DNA from: Folioceros fuciformis
Taxonomy: Eukaryota
Direction: 5' to 3'
Assembly (NCBI GenBank): GCA_049999805.1
Contig: JBNGIO010006289.1
Span: forward strand, 601,141 to 665,140
Length of the DNA stretch: 64,000 bases
Below the pieces are notes generated by a model. That model had not been told where the DNA came from. It made no database searches and was given only the letters and a program-made list of their open reading frames with translations. The position numbers and the translations under genes are program-made. Below are positions 25,887 to 40,485 of the stretch, one piece after another; the stretch's first letter is position 1; the number at the start of each line of letters is the position of its first letter.

Positions 25887-28800
25887 CTACATCCGTAGAT
25901 AACGGCTTCCAAAGGCATCGTCCTTTTCAGCTTGTTGCTTCTTGAGCCTGTGCCAGAACCCACCAAGTTGTGTTGCTTCCGACTAGGTAACGGAAAACTG
26001 AAATAGTCCAGTCAGCTGTAACACCATTGGCTTTCTGTAATAACTGCTTACCTTACATTCCGCTCCTCTCGAGCATAAAGAGCTTCCATCTCTTTATCAG
26101 TTAGCTGCTCAACTACAGGTTCAAATGAGTCCCAGTCGTTTCTACGCCTGAAGCCAACAAGATTAGAGAGAAAATGGTCGGTGGAAACGAATGGAGATGC
26201 AACTGTAAATAACGGCGGCACAAGATTTACCTCACGACACTTATCTTATTGTTTGGTCTTCGCATGAGGTTCAAAGCTGTAGTTGGGGGGTTGCTGCATG
26301 ACATGTTATTGATGTGAGTAAAGTCTGAAAAAACATAAATCGACGACTACATCGAGCACAATCCCCACTCTCATTGTACCTTGACGCGCTATAATCTACA
26401 CCCCTCTCTCTGCGGGCTTTTTTACTGATGCGAGAGTCTCGTCCAGACGAGGATATTTGCTTGTTTATCTGCTGGCCAGACAAAATTAGTCCGCTGACAA
26501 TTTACAATGTAAGCGCCTCATCGAAAGGAAAAGTCTAAATACTGGTGGAATGAGCGGCTTGCGGAAAGACAAGACAATGGTACAACGTACACGGTGACAA
26601 AACCTTACCTCATGTATTTGTTCCCGGATTGACAGGGCGATCGCAGGCTGCAAGCAAAGCGAGTACGAGTTCCTGAGTACAACGTCCTCTAGCTCCAAAG
26701 AGGTTCAGTCAACATAAGGAACCCGTTCACGGCAAACAGGCAACCTTACTGCAATCTCAGGGTCCTCCAGCTCAAGGTCCTGACACATACGTCTGGCGAA
26801 CTCCTCAGGGTTAGCGTCCGGATTGTTCACATCCTGTAAATAACCACCATCCATGACTTATGGACCTGAGATGTTACGCAGATACATCCTTGAGATCTGC
26901 AGTGCAAATGAGTTGACCCACCCACAGAAAATGGTCGTGTATGAGAGTTCTGTTCACCCGAAGATCGAGCTGCAATTGCACGACATTACTGTTAGGAACC
27001 ACCTTCACTTTGACTGCCAAGCTTGCTAGTCGAACTCCCACTGAGAAACATGGGTTAACACAAAAGGTGTGGGCAGGAACTAACATCCAAGGCTGGGAAC
27101 ATTCTTTTCTAAACCCAAAACCCAAATCACATACCTTCATCATCTGAACCTTCTCTTCCGTGCTCGGTCTTTGATTATCTGTGGCTCGATACTCGGCTAA
27201 TTGTGTCTGTCAAGTGGCAAAATGTTCAGTCTAGATTGCCATAGCAAGCCTGGCCAAGAAAGTAACATCCCAGCCTCGGCAAAAAATGGGAAAGAGATGA
27301 AAAGAGTTCCAAACGTGGGATAAACAACAACTGAGAAAGAAAAGCAAGATTCACCTGCATAGATTGAGCAATGTAATGTCCAAATGCGATAGGAAGGTTC
27401 ATGTCCTTAGTAAGCCGTCGAACGAAAGGCACAATCTCGGAGTCCGGATCTGTCAAATGAACAGAGCTTCACCTATTCAGAGTCTGCTAGCTAAATGCAG
27501 ATGAGCCTGCTTCAAACTTCACCTCAGAACCTGAGCCAGGAACAAGACATGAAGACGATAGCATACCATCTGCATTCCAAGAAAATACATCCTTGTAGCG
27601 TTGCCCGTCAGCTTCAATGTCCAACCTGATGGGAATTAGGTTGTCCACGGGCGGCCTGCAGTTGAACCCCAACATAAGCTCACTGCAACCTCCAGAGGCA
27701 GACATGCGCACGGGTATGAGAAGGCTCACTCGGCTGGCTTGGGGGGAAAGTCTATGCGGAGGTTGGCAGCAGCGCTGGGTCTGCTCTGCCGTGACTTCTC
27801 CTTGCGGGCCTGAATCTGGTTGCTGTCTGCCTCTCGCTGCAAGAGTGCCTGCGGAAACACTTCCTGCTGCTGTTCCTGCCTTTGATGATGCTGTTGCTCC
27901 TGCTGGCGCTCCTTTTGCTGTTGCTGGGCCTCCTCTTGTGATTGTTGCTGCTGATCCAGTTCCATAGCCTGCTCTTGCGGTTGCTGCCGCTTCTGGGCGT
28001 CTTCTTGTGGTCGTCGCTGAGGATGAGCTTCTTCTTGTGGTTGCTGCCGCTGCTGGGCTTCCTCTTGTGGTTGCTGAAACTGCTTAGTCTCCTCTTGCGG
28101 TTGCTGATGAGGATGGGCTTCTTCTTGTGGTTCCTGCCGCTGCTGGGCTTCTTCTTGTGGTTGCTGAATATGCTTGGTCTCCTCTTGCGGTTGCTGCCGC
28201 TGCTGGGCTTCCTCTTGTGGTTCCTGAAGCTGCTTAGTCTGCTCTTGTGGTTGCTCCTGAGGATGGGCTTCTTCTTGTGGTTCCTGCCGCTGCTGGGCAT
28301 CTTCTTGTGGTTGCTGAAGCTGCTGGGTCTCCTCTTGTGGTTGCTGGCGCTGCTGGGCTTTCTCATGTGGTTGCTGAAGCTGCTTAGTCTCCTCTTGTGG
28401 TTGCTGCCGCTGCTGGGCCTCCTCTAATGGTTGCTGTAGCTGCTGGGCCTCCTCTACTGGTTGCCGCAGCTGCTGGGCCTCCTCTACTGGTTGCTGCCGC
28501 TGCTGGGTCTCCTCTAGTGGTTGCTGCGGCTGGTGGCCCTTCTCTAGTGGTTGCTGGCGCTGCTGGGTCTTCTCTAGTGGTTGCTGGCGCTGCTGGGTCT
28601 TCTCTAGTGGTTGCTGCCGCTGCTGGGCCTCCTCCGCTGATTGCTGCAGCTGCTGGGCCTCCTCCAGTGGTTGCTGGCGCAGCTGGACCCCTTCTTTTGG
28701 CTGTTGCTGCTCATCCTGATCCAGTTCCATGGCCTGCTCTTGTGTTTGCTGCTGCTGCTGCTGCTGGCGGGCCTCCTCTTCTGGTCTCCATTGCTGATCC

Positions 28801-29912
28801 AGTTCCACTGCCTCCTTTTGTGGAGGCTGCTGCTGGTGCTCCAATTCCATTGGTTGCTGGGCCCCGTCTTGTGGTTGCTGCTGCTGCAGGTCCAGTTCCA
28901 TTGGTTGCTGGGCCCCGTCTTGTGGTTGCTGCTGCTGCAGGTCCATTTCCATTGGTTGCTGGGCCCCGTCTTGTGGTTGCTGCTGCTGCAGGTACAGTTC
29001 CATTAGCTGCCCTTGCGGTTGTTGCTGCTGCTGGTTCAGTTCAATTGGCTGCTCTTGCGGTTGTTGCTGCCGCTCATCCAGTTGATCCAGTTCCATTGTC
29101 TGGTCTTGCGGTTGTTGCTGCTGCTCATCCAGTTCCATTGCCTGTTCTTGCGGTTGCTGCTGCTCCTCCCCTTGCGGTGGCTCCTCCTGCCGTGCCTCCT
29201 CCGGTGGTTCCCCCTGCTGTAGCGGTCCCTCCTCTTGCGGAGGCCGCTGCTGTTGAAGTGCCTCCTCCAGTGGTCGCTCCTGCTGCTGTACTGCATACTC
29301 TTGAGGTGGCTCCAGCTTCTGACTCTGCTCTTTCTGTGGCTCTTCCTCCTGCTGCACTGTCTGCTCTTGGGGTGGCTCCCCCTGCTCCTGCTCCTGCATT
29401 GCTGGCTCCTGTGCTGCTTCCTCCTGCTGGTGCTGCTCTGCCAGTTCTTGTGCTGACTCCTGCTCCTGCTGCGGTGCCCCCTCTCGAGGAGCTTCCTGTG
29501 GGCCCAGGTGTGCCTGCACTTCTGGAGGTTCTTGCCGCTGCTGCGCCTCATGTTGAGGAGATTGCTGCGGGTTCTGCAATGCCTGCTCTTGTGAAGGTTG
29601 TTGTTGCTGCTGTGCCTCCTCTTGTGGTAGCACCTCCTGCTCCTGCTGTTGTTCCTCCTTTCGTGGCGGAACCTGCTCCTCCTGCTGAGCGTCCTCTCCT
29701 GGTAGGTCCTGTTCCTGCTGCAACTGATGCCCAACCGGTGTTGGAGAGTCGTGCTGCTGCAGCTCCAATTGTGAGGCTTTCAGGTCACGACCACCATCCT
29801 TCCCCTCCTCCTCCTCCTCCTCCTCTTCCCCGGTCTGCTCACATGCCTCACCATCCCCAAAGCCGCCCACGTCGCCCGTCCCTCCATCACCTCCTTCCAC
29901 GGTAATCGCCAT
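25887..29912 (-). CDS. BSH: SNF5/BUSHY SWI/SNF core subunit with a very long Q/E/P-repeat N-terminal extension
   Basis: Core exons (27655 down to 25887) encode NLIPIRLDIEADGQRYKDVFSWN, LDLRVNRTLIHDHFLWD, PEEFARRMCQDLELEDPEI, AIALSIREQI and FEPVVEQLT..EALYAREERN. Exon 1 (29912 to ~27730) joins in frame via GA|gtgagc...ctgcag|G. Final exon reads RLKKQQAEKDDAFGSRYLRM*. Confidence 0.9.
27950..29160 (-). repeat. Coding minisatellite array (30-nt and 51-nt units) in BSH exon 1
   Basis: About 20 or more 10-aa units (EEAQQRQQPL/Q type) at ~27960-28680 and ~3 copies of a 17-aa unit (MELDLQQQQPQDGAQQP) at ~28830-28990, plus shorter MELD-Q(n)-PQ variants. Confidence 0.95.
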
Positions 29913-30927
29913 CGCGCGCTTGAACCACACTCCGCGCTATTTCCTCTCTCGACGCTTCGTGCTTGCAGAGCGGGGTAGATAAAATAGAACAACCCAAACC
30001 CAAAGGTGAATTCACGAAATTTTCATACCTTGGTTTAGGTCACTGTAAGTCACTCACGACAGAAGCAACCAACACCAACACTTAGTAATGCATATTTGTT
30101 ATCTATCAAGTCACAGAAAATATATACATAGGTGCACCCATCTACACCTACTTCATCGGGAAAATGGGGGGAAGAAAAGGACTGAGGGGGAGAGACGCTC
30201 GGTACATATGTACGTCTCTTCGCTTACTTTCAACTATGTACCAACCTACGCTTGGATATCCATGTGCATGGAAGGTGAGGGATCGAGCGCGGAGAGGTGA
30301 CGGGAATGGGATATCGGGGATGCATCTTCACAAGGCCCCGCCAGGTACATGACATGTGTGGGAGCTCCGATGTATCGCACGAGAGCACGGCACCGGCAGG
30401 CGAGGAACATGTTGCGCAACTATGGCTGGCGCTGGCACCTTGGGACGCTGACAGTACGTGATGCGAAGTAGTAATGTATGAACAGTCTAAGGCGCACCTA
30501 CAACCTAGGTTTCATCTCCCGAGCTTCCAGGAAGCATCTCCCTCCAGCCTCCTAATTCCTAAATCTGCGGTCTCCGGGGCAGCCTGGAGCGTTGCCTCCT
30601 CCAAATTCGCGCTCTCCTCGGCTTCCGCATGCTCTCGGCTCCCCCCAGCCCATGTTAGCCCTGCCGCCTCCGCCTCCGCCTGCGCCTCTTCCTCCTCCTC
30701 CGCCTCCCTCCGACTTGGTAATGTGTGCGCTATCGAACTGTAGATGAGTTGAACGGTTTCGCTTTTATTATGTCTTGGCAAGTTGGCTCACGATGTGCAC
30801 AATTTGCATTTTGCGCAGTCTTGGCTTCTGGCGGTAGGGAAGGAACGTTGCTTACAGGCATTGACTCTGACTCTCTTCATTAGAGGGCTTGTGTAAGGGA
30901 GTGTGGAGGTGACGAGGGGGTGCGGAA

Positions 30928-32446
30928 ATGACGCACACGCACACGCACACGCACACGCACACGCACACGGTGAGGCCAAGGTCGGGAGCTGCTGCTGAAG
31001 AAGAGAGCGCTCCACGCCCAGGCCAGCCTCGTCCAGGAGTCCAGGCTCTTGTGGAGAGGGGAATTCAGATGGTGCCCGAGGCGTACATACGGCCCGTGAA
31101 CCAGCGGCCTCTGCTGGGACCAAGCCATCCCAATGGCTGCTTCCGGATCACCACTGCGGGCAAAATTCCGGTTGTCGACCTGGCCAGGCTCAGCGACAGC
31201 GACGGCACCATAGGCCGCAAGCAGACTATGAAGGCCATCGCTCGTGCTTGTGAGGAGTGGGGCTTCTTTCAGGTGCGCTCCCTACCCTGCACTTGTCTAC
31301 AAGCTTTCATCTTCGATGCACCCGCACTGGTAGCGGCTAATGTGTGTGGCTAGATCGATCGTACTCTGATAATGCAATGCTGCGCATGCGGGATTATGGC
31401 AGGTGATCAACCATGGCATCCCTGATCATGTGCTGGACGACACGCTGGATCTGGCTAAGCGATTCTTCAGCCTGCCGTTGAGGGAAAAGGCCACGTACAA
31501 CTCGGGCCCGGGGGCAGATCCGTCTGTCCATCCCAGCTCCGGAAGCTTTGGTTCTACTTTCCCTCCTGCGCAGGATTCGGCTCTGGACTGGAGGGATGTG
31601 CTCCAACACTGCTTCATCAACGATGACGCCACAGATGACAAACGACAGTGGCCGTCCAAGCCACAAGCTTACAAGTGAACACCATTGCCAGCCAGCGCGC
31701 TTCATTCAACTGTGACCACTGCGACTCATTGTTTACTCACCCCTCTTCTATCTTGCTTGCAGGCAGATCATGCTCAAGTATCGAGAGGCGATAACAGGTT
31801 TGGCTGAGCGCCTGCTTGCAACAGTGGCGCAAAATTTGGGTCTCGAAGGCGATCACATCCACCGCCTTGTAGGCAAGTCCACAAGCCTGGTCAACCTCAT
31901 ACAGTATCCACAGTGTCCAGAACCGGAGCTTGTTTTGGGAGTGAGAGGTCATTCCGATCCGTCCGTCATTTCGCTCCTCCTCCAAGACGAGGTTGGAGGC
32001 TTGGAAGTCCGTGCCAAGGACGGCCAGTGGGTGTTGCTGCAACCTATTCCGCGAGCCATTGTCGTGAACACTGGCGACATTTTGCAGGTATGGAATCGCG
32101 ACCCCGTGATTTGTACAGTACGGGAATATTACATATGCCAGGTTCTCGTGTTTCATTGCTGGTACTGACCGGTGCAATCGATGCGCTGCAAACGTTGCAG
32201 GTCATCAGCAATGGCAGGTATCCTAGCGTGGAACATCGTGTCGTAGTGAACGGCATGCAGTCTCGACTGTCTGTCTCGACATACCACTGTCCACATTCCG
32301 ATTCCAAAATCGGTCCTGCGCCGGGACTGACGACCGAAGATCAGCCTGCTCGCTACAGAGACTTCTACTTCTCCGAGTACGTGAACGAATTGTACAATCT
32401 CCAAAGCACTCGAAATCCATCACTGGAGTCGTTCTACATCCACTAG
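30928..32446 (+). CDS. 2-oxoglutarate/Fe(II)-dependent dioxygenase (DOXC type), 4 exons
   Basis: Exons ~30928-31272, 31403-31674, 31763-32087, 32201-32446. IPVVDL, ACEEWGFFQVINHG, LDWRD, Fe ligands HSD (RGHSDP) and distal H (VEHRVVVN), and the 2OG-binding RLS motif. Confidence 0.93.
30931..30969 (+). repeat. (ACGCAC)n hexanucleotide microsatellite immediately after the ATG, encoding (Thr-His)6
   Basis: ATG ACGCAC ACGCAC ... is directly visible, ~6.5 copies. Confidence 0.9.
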
Positions 32447-32917
32447 CTGGGCTTGACCAGAAACGTTACACTCCCATGTACGCTTCGAAACCCAATTCTA
32501 AATTGATAATAGGTGATGGAATTTGGGATCTACCCAAGTGGTCTACATAGTACACGATGCCTTGTTTCCCCCTCTAACCAGCCTGGATCTGGGCCGTCTA
32601 GCGATCCTGTCGGAACCAACGCGTTCACCTGTCAGCATATGTTTCTACTAAAAATCACCAAGCTGACCGGAGAAGTTGCTGAAATGGAATTAGCTCACGA
32701 CACGATGTAAAAGTGCTCGCGTGCAAATGGACGCGAAATTGTATCCACTGAAGACCTGGATGCACTAATCTCCAGGATCGGGATGAGCGAAGGCAGGGCA
32801 TACGTGATGAGTATCGCCTGCCGGTCAAACGTTGCTTTCAATTCCTGCTGGTTCGAACCACAGGTTCAGATTGGTGCGTCCTGTCTGACGCTGAATAGAT
32901 GAACGCCCCCAAAGCTC

Positions 32918-34285
32918 TCAGAATGCTGCCCACCCTGAATCACCGCCGGCAGACGAGCTTCCTTGCTTCCCCGCCGAGGGCAAGGCAAGCTGCACACAAA
33001 CGGAAAGTTGGAGTCGGGGGAAAAAAAACACAGGGCTGCTTCACATGGTAATGGCTATTTATGAGAACCCCAGCAAACAACACCGCGTACCTCTAGTTGA
33101 CTCAAATCTGCAAAAGGATCACCAGTTGGCCTCCCAGGATCTTTCCTGGGCACCGAGGTGGAAGCACCAGGCTTGAGAGAGCTGACGCTGCTCTTAGCAA
33201 GCGCAGGTATTGCTGATGTACTGGTTCTCATTGTTTTGGTATCATTCGGCGGTGGCGGTAAAGGTGCCCGGATCCTGCCACCACCAGGAGGTGGCGCCAA
33301 TGGAGCCTTCATGCGACCTGTGGCAGCAATGTTCGTAGAACCTCCTCCTGTAGTAGCACTTGATATCATTCCCGATCCTGCCACAGGCTTGGTTTTCACG
33401 TTTATCCGAATAGTCTGACCCTCCTGATAGCGCGACAGGTAGGAGGAGCACCATGTTAGAAAATAGTAAACTCACCAAACAACTCTCACAAGTCAGTCTC
33501 AAGCAAGCAAACAACCGTCCCTGCCGATGCCCATTGAAGGCGACAAACTCACAATGTCATTCGAACACTAAGGTTCACCTGACTACGCTGACTATCTCGC
33601 AGTAGTCCTGCATTGCACCAACAACGTGTCTGATAGGCGAGACCAGTGCACTAACCAACTGAAACCAAACATTTTACACGAGAAGCCCACCAAAAGCCCC
33701 TTACGCTCCCGCAAGCAACTTCTCACAAACAATATGTAGCATCCTGACAATCAAACATTCTCTCACATCGACAACGTGCCAATAACTTGCATTCGGATTC
33801 ACCTTCAAACGGAGATCCAAGGACGGCTGCTGCGGTAGGCCGCTGTCATCATCGACTCCACCCTGCTCCTTTTCTAGCTCCCTCTTCACATATTTCTCAT
33901 GATCAGAAAGCGCAACGTTGAAATCGAACGCCTCATTCCTCTCGGCGAACCCTAACCCAATGAAGGCATGCTTCCCTCTGCCGTCTTCAATTCTCAGAAC
34001 GAAATAACGCGAAGAATCCGTGACAGTTTCAACACAAGTATCTCTCTTCCCAGGAAGCACATTGCAACCCGCAAACAGCTCTCCCGTGTTGGAATCCTCC
34101 AATTTGATCTCGCACCTGTCCCTGAAAGAGAGAACTCTCAGCCTTCCGGTCCAGATCTTGTCAGACTGAAGCCACTCGGCACATTTGTAGCCACCACTGG
34201 TCCCTCGAGGCGGAATTTTGTACACCGACACTTCTCTGACGACCAAAAGAGTCTGCTCAAAGGAATCCTCATCGTCATATGACAT
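32918..34285 (-). CDS. NECAP: Adaptin ear-binding coat-associated protein (NECAP, PHear domain), 3 coding exons
   Basis: VYKIPPR..GGYKCAEW, WTGRLRV, VETVTDSSRYFVLRIEDGRGKHAFIGLGFAERNEAFDFNVALSDH, LRLKEGQTIRINVK, a Pro-rich tail and a terminal WXXF motif (GWAAF*). Confidence 0.95.
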
Positions 34286-34829
34286 TCTGAGCAGAACAAG
34301 CAGGGCAAACCCCGGAACGATCTGGGACTATCACAGCTGAGGAGTCCCTCTCCACCAGAGAACAAATCTGCAGACAATTACCAGTCACCCTCTTCTCCAC
34401 CTCCGCAAACCCCACCCAACTATACGAGGAGCAGCTAGGCTGGCCAAAATCCTCAGTCTCCGTACGCCAATAACAGGCTCCTCGGCTCAGCAGCACAGAT
34501 CAGCCACTGCAGAGGGAGACGAGCGGCACCATGACCAGAGGATCTCCAAGATCTGGCCCCCCCTCAACCTCCCACTCTCAGATCACAAGATTCGTACAAG
34601 GAGGCAACAGTTCCGATGTAATTTTCCCTCTCCTTCACCACCTCTCACACTCCTTCAGCACCTTACAGCATTGCGCAAAGCCCAAGGTAACAGGCGATCA
34701 GGTCAGATGGATCCGGAGCACAAAAGCCAAACCAGTCCGAGACCAGAAAACGTGCAAGCGGTGTGAGACATCCAGTTTTACTGATGCCACTTAGATTGAC
34801 TAAAGCGTAAGTGATAATATTCAGCCCTT

Positions 34830-34843
34830 GGGGTTTAGGGTTT
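34830..34843 (-). promoter_or_regulatory. Telo-box in the divergent NECAP / RlmN-like intergenic region
   Basis: GGGTTTAGGGTTT (AAACCCTAAACCC on the minus strand), ~120 nt upstream of the RlmN-like ATG. Confidence 0.45.
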
Positions 34844-34961
34844 ACTGCTAGGGCGCGATAAAGCTTTGTGCTCTGCTGATTGCATATCATGAAATGTTGA
34901 AGAAACAGCAAGGCGGAAATGGTGTTGCCGTAGATGCTACTACTTGCGTACTCTCGTCACG

Positions 34962-37336
<2,375 letters not shown>

Positions 37337-37905
37337 ATGTCTAGTGCTACATGTCCTTCACCCCATGGGCCTCTGACAGCACGTTGAGGATAGGCCTGCG
37401 TTGTGACCATGTAGAACTGTGGGCCCGCAGTCCCGCAGCGCTGTGACACCGCCGATTCTGAACAGGCTCCTTCCAACACCAAGTCTGGGAAGGTAGGATG
37501 TCAGGGCCGGGAGTCTACAGATGTTCTTCGGGCTTGTTTTCTCTCCCTTTGCCTCACTGTGGACTCTCCATGAACCCATGGACTTCACGAGGAGATGGCG
37601 CTTCATGTAAACCGTTCCCTGGCTGTGACTTGAGTCTTTATAGTATTGCGGGGTATGTGGCCCACGGAGAACGAAGTGTGTACTCAGCACAGACGTAGTA
37701 TTCAAAGTTCCATGTATGGTATGAGATTGTTAGTTTTGTGTGTAATGAGATTGTGTAATGAGTTGTGTATGGTATTTCTCCTCTCCCTCCCGGACCGAGA
37801 GTCCACCATGTACGTACAGAGTATAAATAAGTTTGTCGTCCAAAGAGCGACGTTTCCTGCAAGCACGTACAGTACTATGCCGTTGAAGTAGAATTCTGCC
37901 GTCGG

Positions 37906-39873
37906 TTACTCCTCACTATTCAATGCCATCTGCCTCTTCAAGTCCAGTGTCATATCCACCCCGGGTACTGCTCCTGGCTTAAAAAGGCGAGGATGTGGAA
38001 CCCCTAAACCTGCGCAAATGGTCCGAATTATCTCAGAGGCCACTTCTCCCACGTCCAGCTCGTTCAACGTGACGGCTATGGAATAGTTGTGCACTGGATC
38101 GCATATGGCTGTGCTCCCTCCCAGTCCCGAATGACCGAATGGCAACACCTTAGCGTCGGTTTGTGACTCGTCCCACGGGAGTGTGTACAAACCCAGTCCG
38201 AAGACGCCCCCTGGCAGCACATACCGGCTGTACTCCCCCCGGCCAATCATGGCTTGCAGGAACTTCGGGCTGGTAAACAGCGACTTGTCGTCGTGGTTCT
38301 TGTCGCCGTTTGCAGGGAGTGGTGAGTTGCTTTCATCCGCGGCTGATGGTAGCTGCGGGTGGCTGTCCAGAGGTGGCTCGCTTGTCGATGAAGATTCTGG
38401 AATCTTACCACCAGCTGCCAACATCGCATAGTACCTGGCTAGTGCTCTGGCAGAGAAGTGGCCATTGGCAGCTGGCACAATTCCTCGTCGTATTCTCAAA
38501 TCATTGAACAGCGTTTCTGTGGCGGCGACGATGTCGCCGACAGGCCCTGCAACATCCGGATTTCGCATCACCGCTTTCAGACCTTCATTCACAATGCTGA
38601 TCGATGCCAACCGAGATTCCACACCTGCAGGACTCGTGAAACGATGAGGAGTGAGTTGCGGAGCTTACAAAGGAAGCATCACACGTGTGCCCCACAGAAC
38701 GGAAGTTACCGTGTGGTATGCCTACGTAGGCTTCCCCACTTATCCCCAGTGGCTTCGTGAAAGTCTCCGCCAGGAAATCTTGAAACGACTTCTTGGATAC
38801 CCTCTGAATTTCACGGGGCAGATCATGTCAATCCATAGATGTTTCTGACCAGCAGAAACCATCGTCAGCCAAATGGAAAATCCGTTATGGCTCTTATACC
38901 TCGATGATACCCCCACAGAGCCAGCCAAACGACATGGCATGATAAACTTGTGCACGGCCAGGTGGGATTAACGGTTTCGCTGCCGCAGTGCGCCTCACAC
39001 ATTCTTGAAAATCGCTCATCAGAAACGGATCTTCCCTCATATCTTCTGCGAGAGCAGTCCATAAACCCGCTGTGTGATTAAGAACATGTGCAACCTGCAT
39101 CACACAATCAACTTCCGTTAGACACGAATTGACTGAATGGAAAGCATTCGTATGACGAGACACATACAAACTCCAGCACTTTCACATACCGTTATCTTCT
39201 CCTTTCCGTTCACTCCAAACTCTGGCCATAAGTCAACCACCTTATCATCGAAATTCAAAGCCCTGGGGAAACAGAGATGCGCCTATTAGGAAAGCCCTAT
39301 CGACAGGAAAGCTCACCAAACTACAGTTTATTGAAGAAGAAAAGAGCTTACCCGTGATCCACGAGCCAGTGAACAAGTCCAGCAACGACACCTTTTGTTG
39401 TAGAGAAGACTGGAAACAAACTGTCACGTCGGACCGGCCGAGGGTCCGACTTGCTCAGAACTCCGGCAGCTGTGTCAACAACCACTTTCCCATCCTTATA
39501 GACACACACCTACAGATCGGCAAGAAATCCTTTCAACTTCCTATAACACGATCGTGGAAGGAAGAAACAAATCATTAGGCGGGAATTGGTGATTTCCGAA
39601 TGAATCCACAGCAGCGTTCAACCTGAATGCCCAAGACTCGTTGCTGACGAGCCAGATCCACCAAAACTGCACGGACTTTTTCTTCCACTTCTGAAATGGC
39701 TGGTGTATCGAAGTGAAGGATACTGTCACTGCTCAAACAGGAGGCTGATGAGAAACCGAAGGTTTTGATGCCCCTTCATGCTTGCACTGGAGAAAAATCG
39801 GCCTCCTTACAGCTATATCAGCGTAGCGTACGTACCTTGTGACACTCACAGCAGCCTCTGCGGAAGAACTCAT
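37906..39873 (-). CDS. Stand-alone beta-lactamase-family (serine hydrolase) protein, ~460 aa, 7 coding exons; paralog of the C-terminal half of the gene at 43650-48592
   Basis: Exons ~39873-39836, 39730-39622, 39509-39353, 39264-39190, 39094-38900, 38803-38710, 38624-37906 splice into an open frame with SxxK (FSTTK), YHAMSFG, PAANGHFSARALARYYA and FGHSGLGGS. Start codon is inferred. Confidence 0.85.
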
Positions 39874-40485
39874 GATGTCAAGATTTGCAATTTGGCCAGT
39901 GAGCCCCGCAGATCGACAGACCTGGACCAGAATTGGCAAGTAGTAGGTGGAACTGTGTGCCAACCTTCCGAGGACCACACGGCTATCCGCTCCTTCCGGT
40001 CAGTGTCACTATCCAAGCCGTCTGCTTTCACCTCCATATATGACCTGCCGACCAATCTTCACCTTCCAGGAAAGTCGGCAAACAACACATGAAAAGATCC
40101 ATGCCGTCCGCCCGCCGGCATCGACTTGGCGCACATTCCAGGCAGATACAAGGACGTGACGACAACGGAGACATCCAAGTGGTTTTCCCGTAGTTTAAAA
40201 CGATTGTTGCATGCCGTTCTGCTAGAGCCTCCCGCGCACTGCCATCGGCACCAGTAGTACGTACATACATACGTATTAGTTCGCGAGTGAAGACCTGCAA
40301 CTACAGTACGGAGCTCGAATTTTGATGTGTCTGATTCTGCTCAACTGTACGTGGACCAACCAAAATCTGGCATCCGAACGTGCCTTGTCTGACCATCTGC
40401 TTCCCCTTCAGCGAACAAACACAGAACATGCTCTGGCCAAGTAAGGTACGCTACGATGAAAAGTTGTGTGCTCGTGAACCGGTGG

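Noticed and set aside
28397-29905. 502-aa Ala/Val/Pro-rich ORF and Leu-rich ORFs on the plus strand
   Set aside because: Antisense shadows of the CAG/GAG-rich BSH repeat exon; no independent coding signal.
30512-30781. 89-aa Glu/Ala-rich minus-strand ORF between BSH and the dioxygenase
   Set aside because: TTG start, low-complexity (GCCTCC)n content and no motif; it cannot be supported as a gene, although an unrecognised exon is not excluded.
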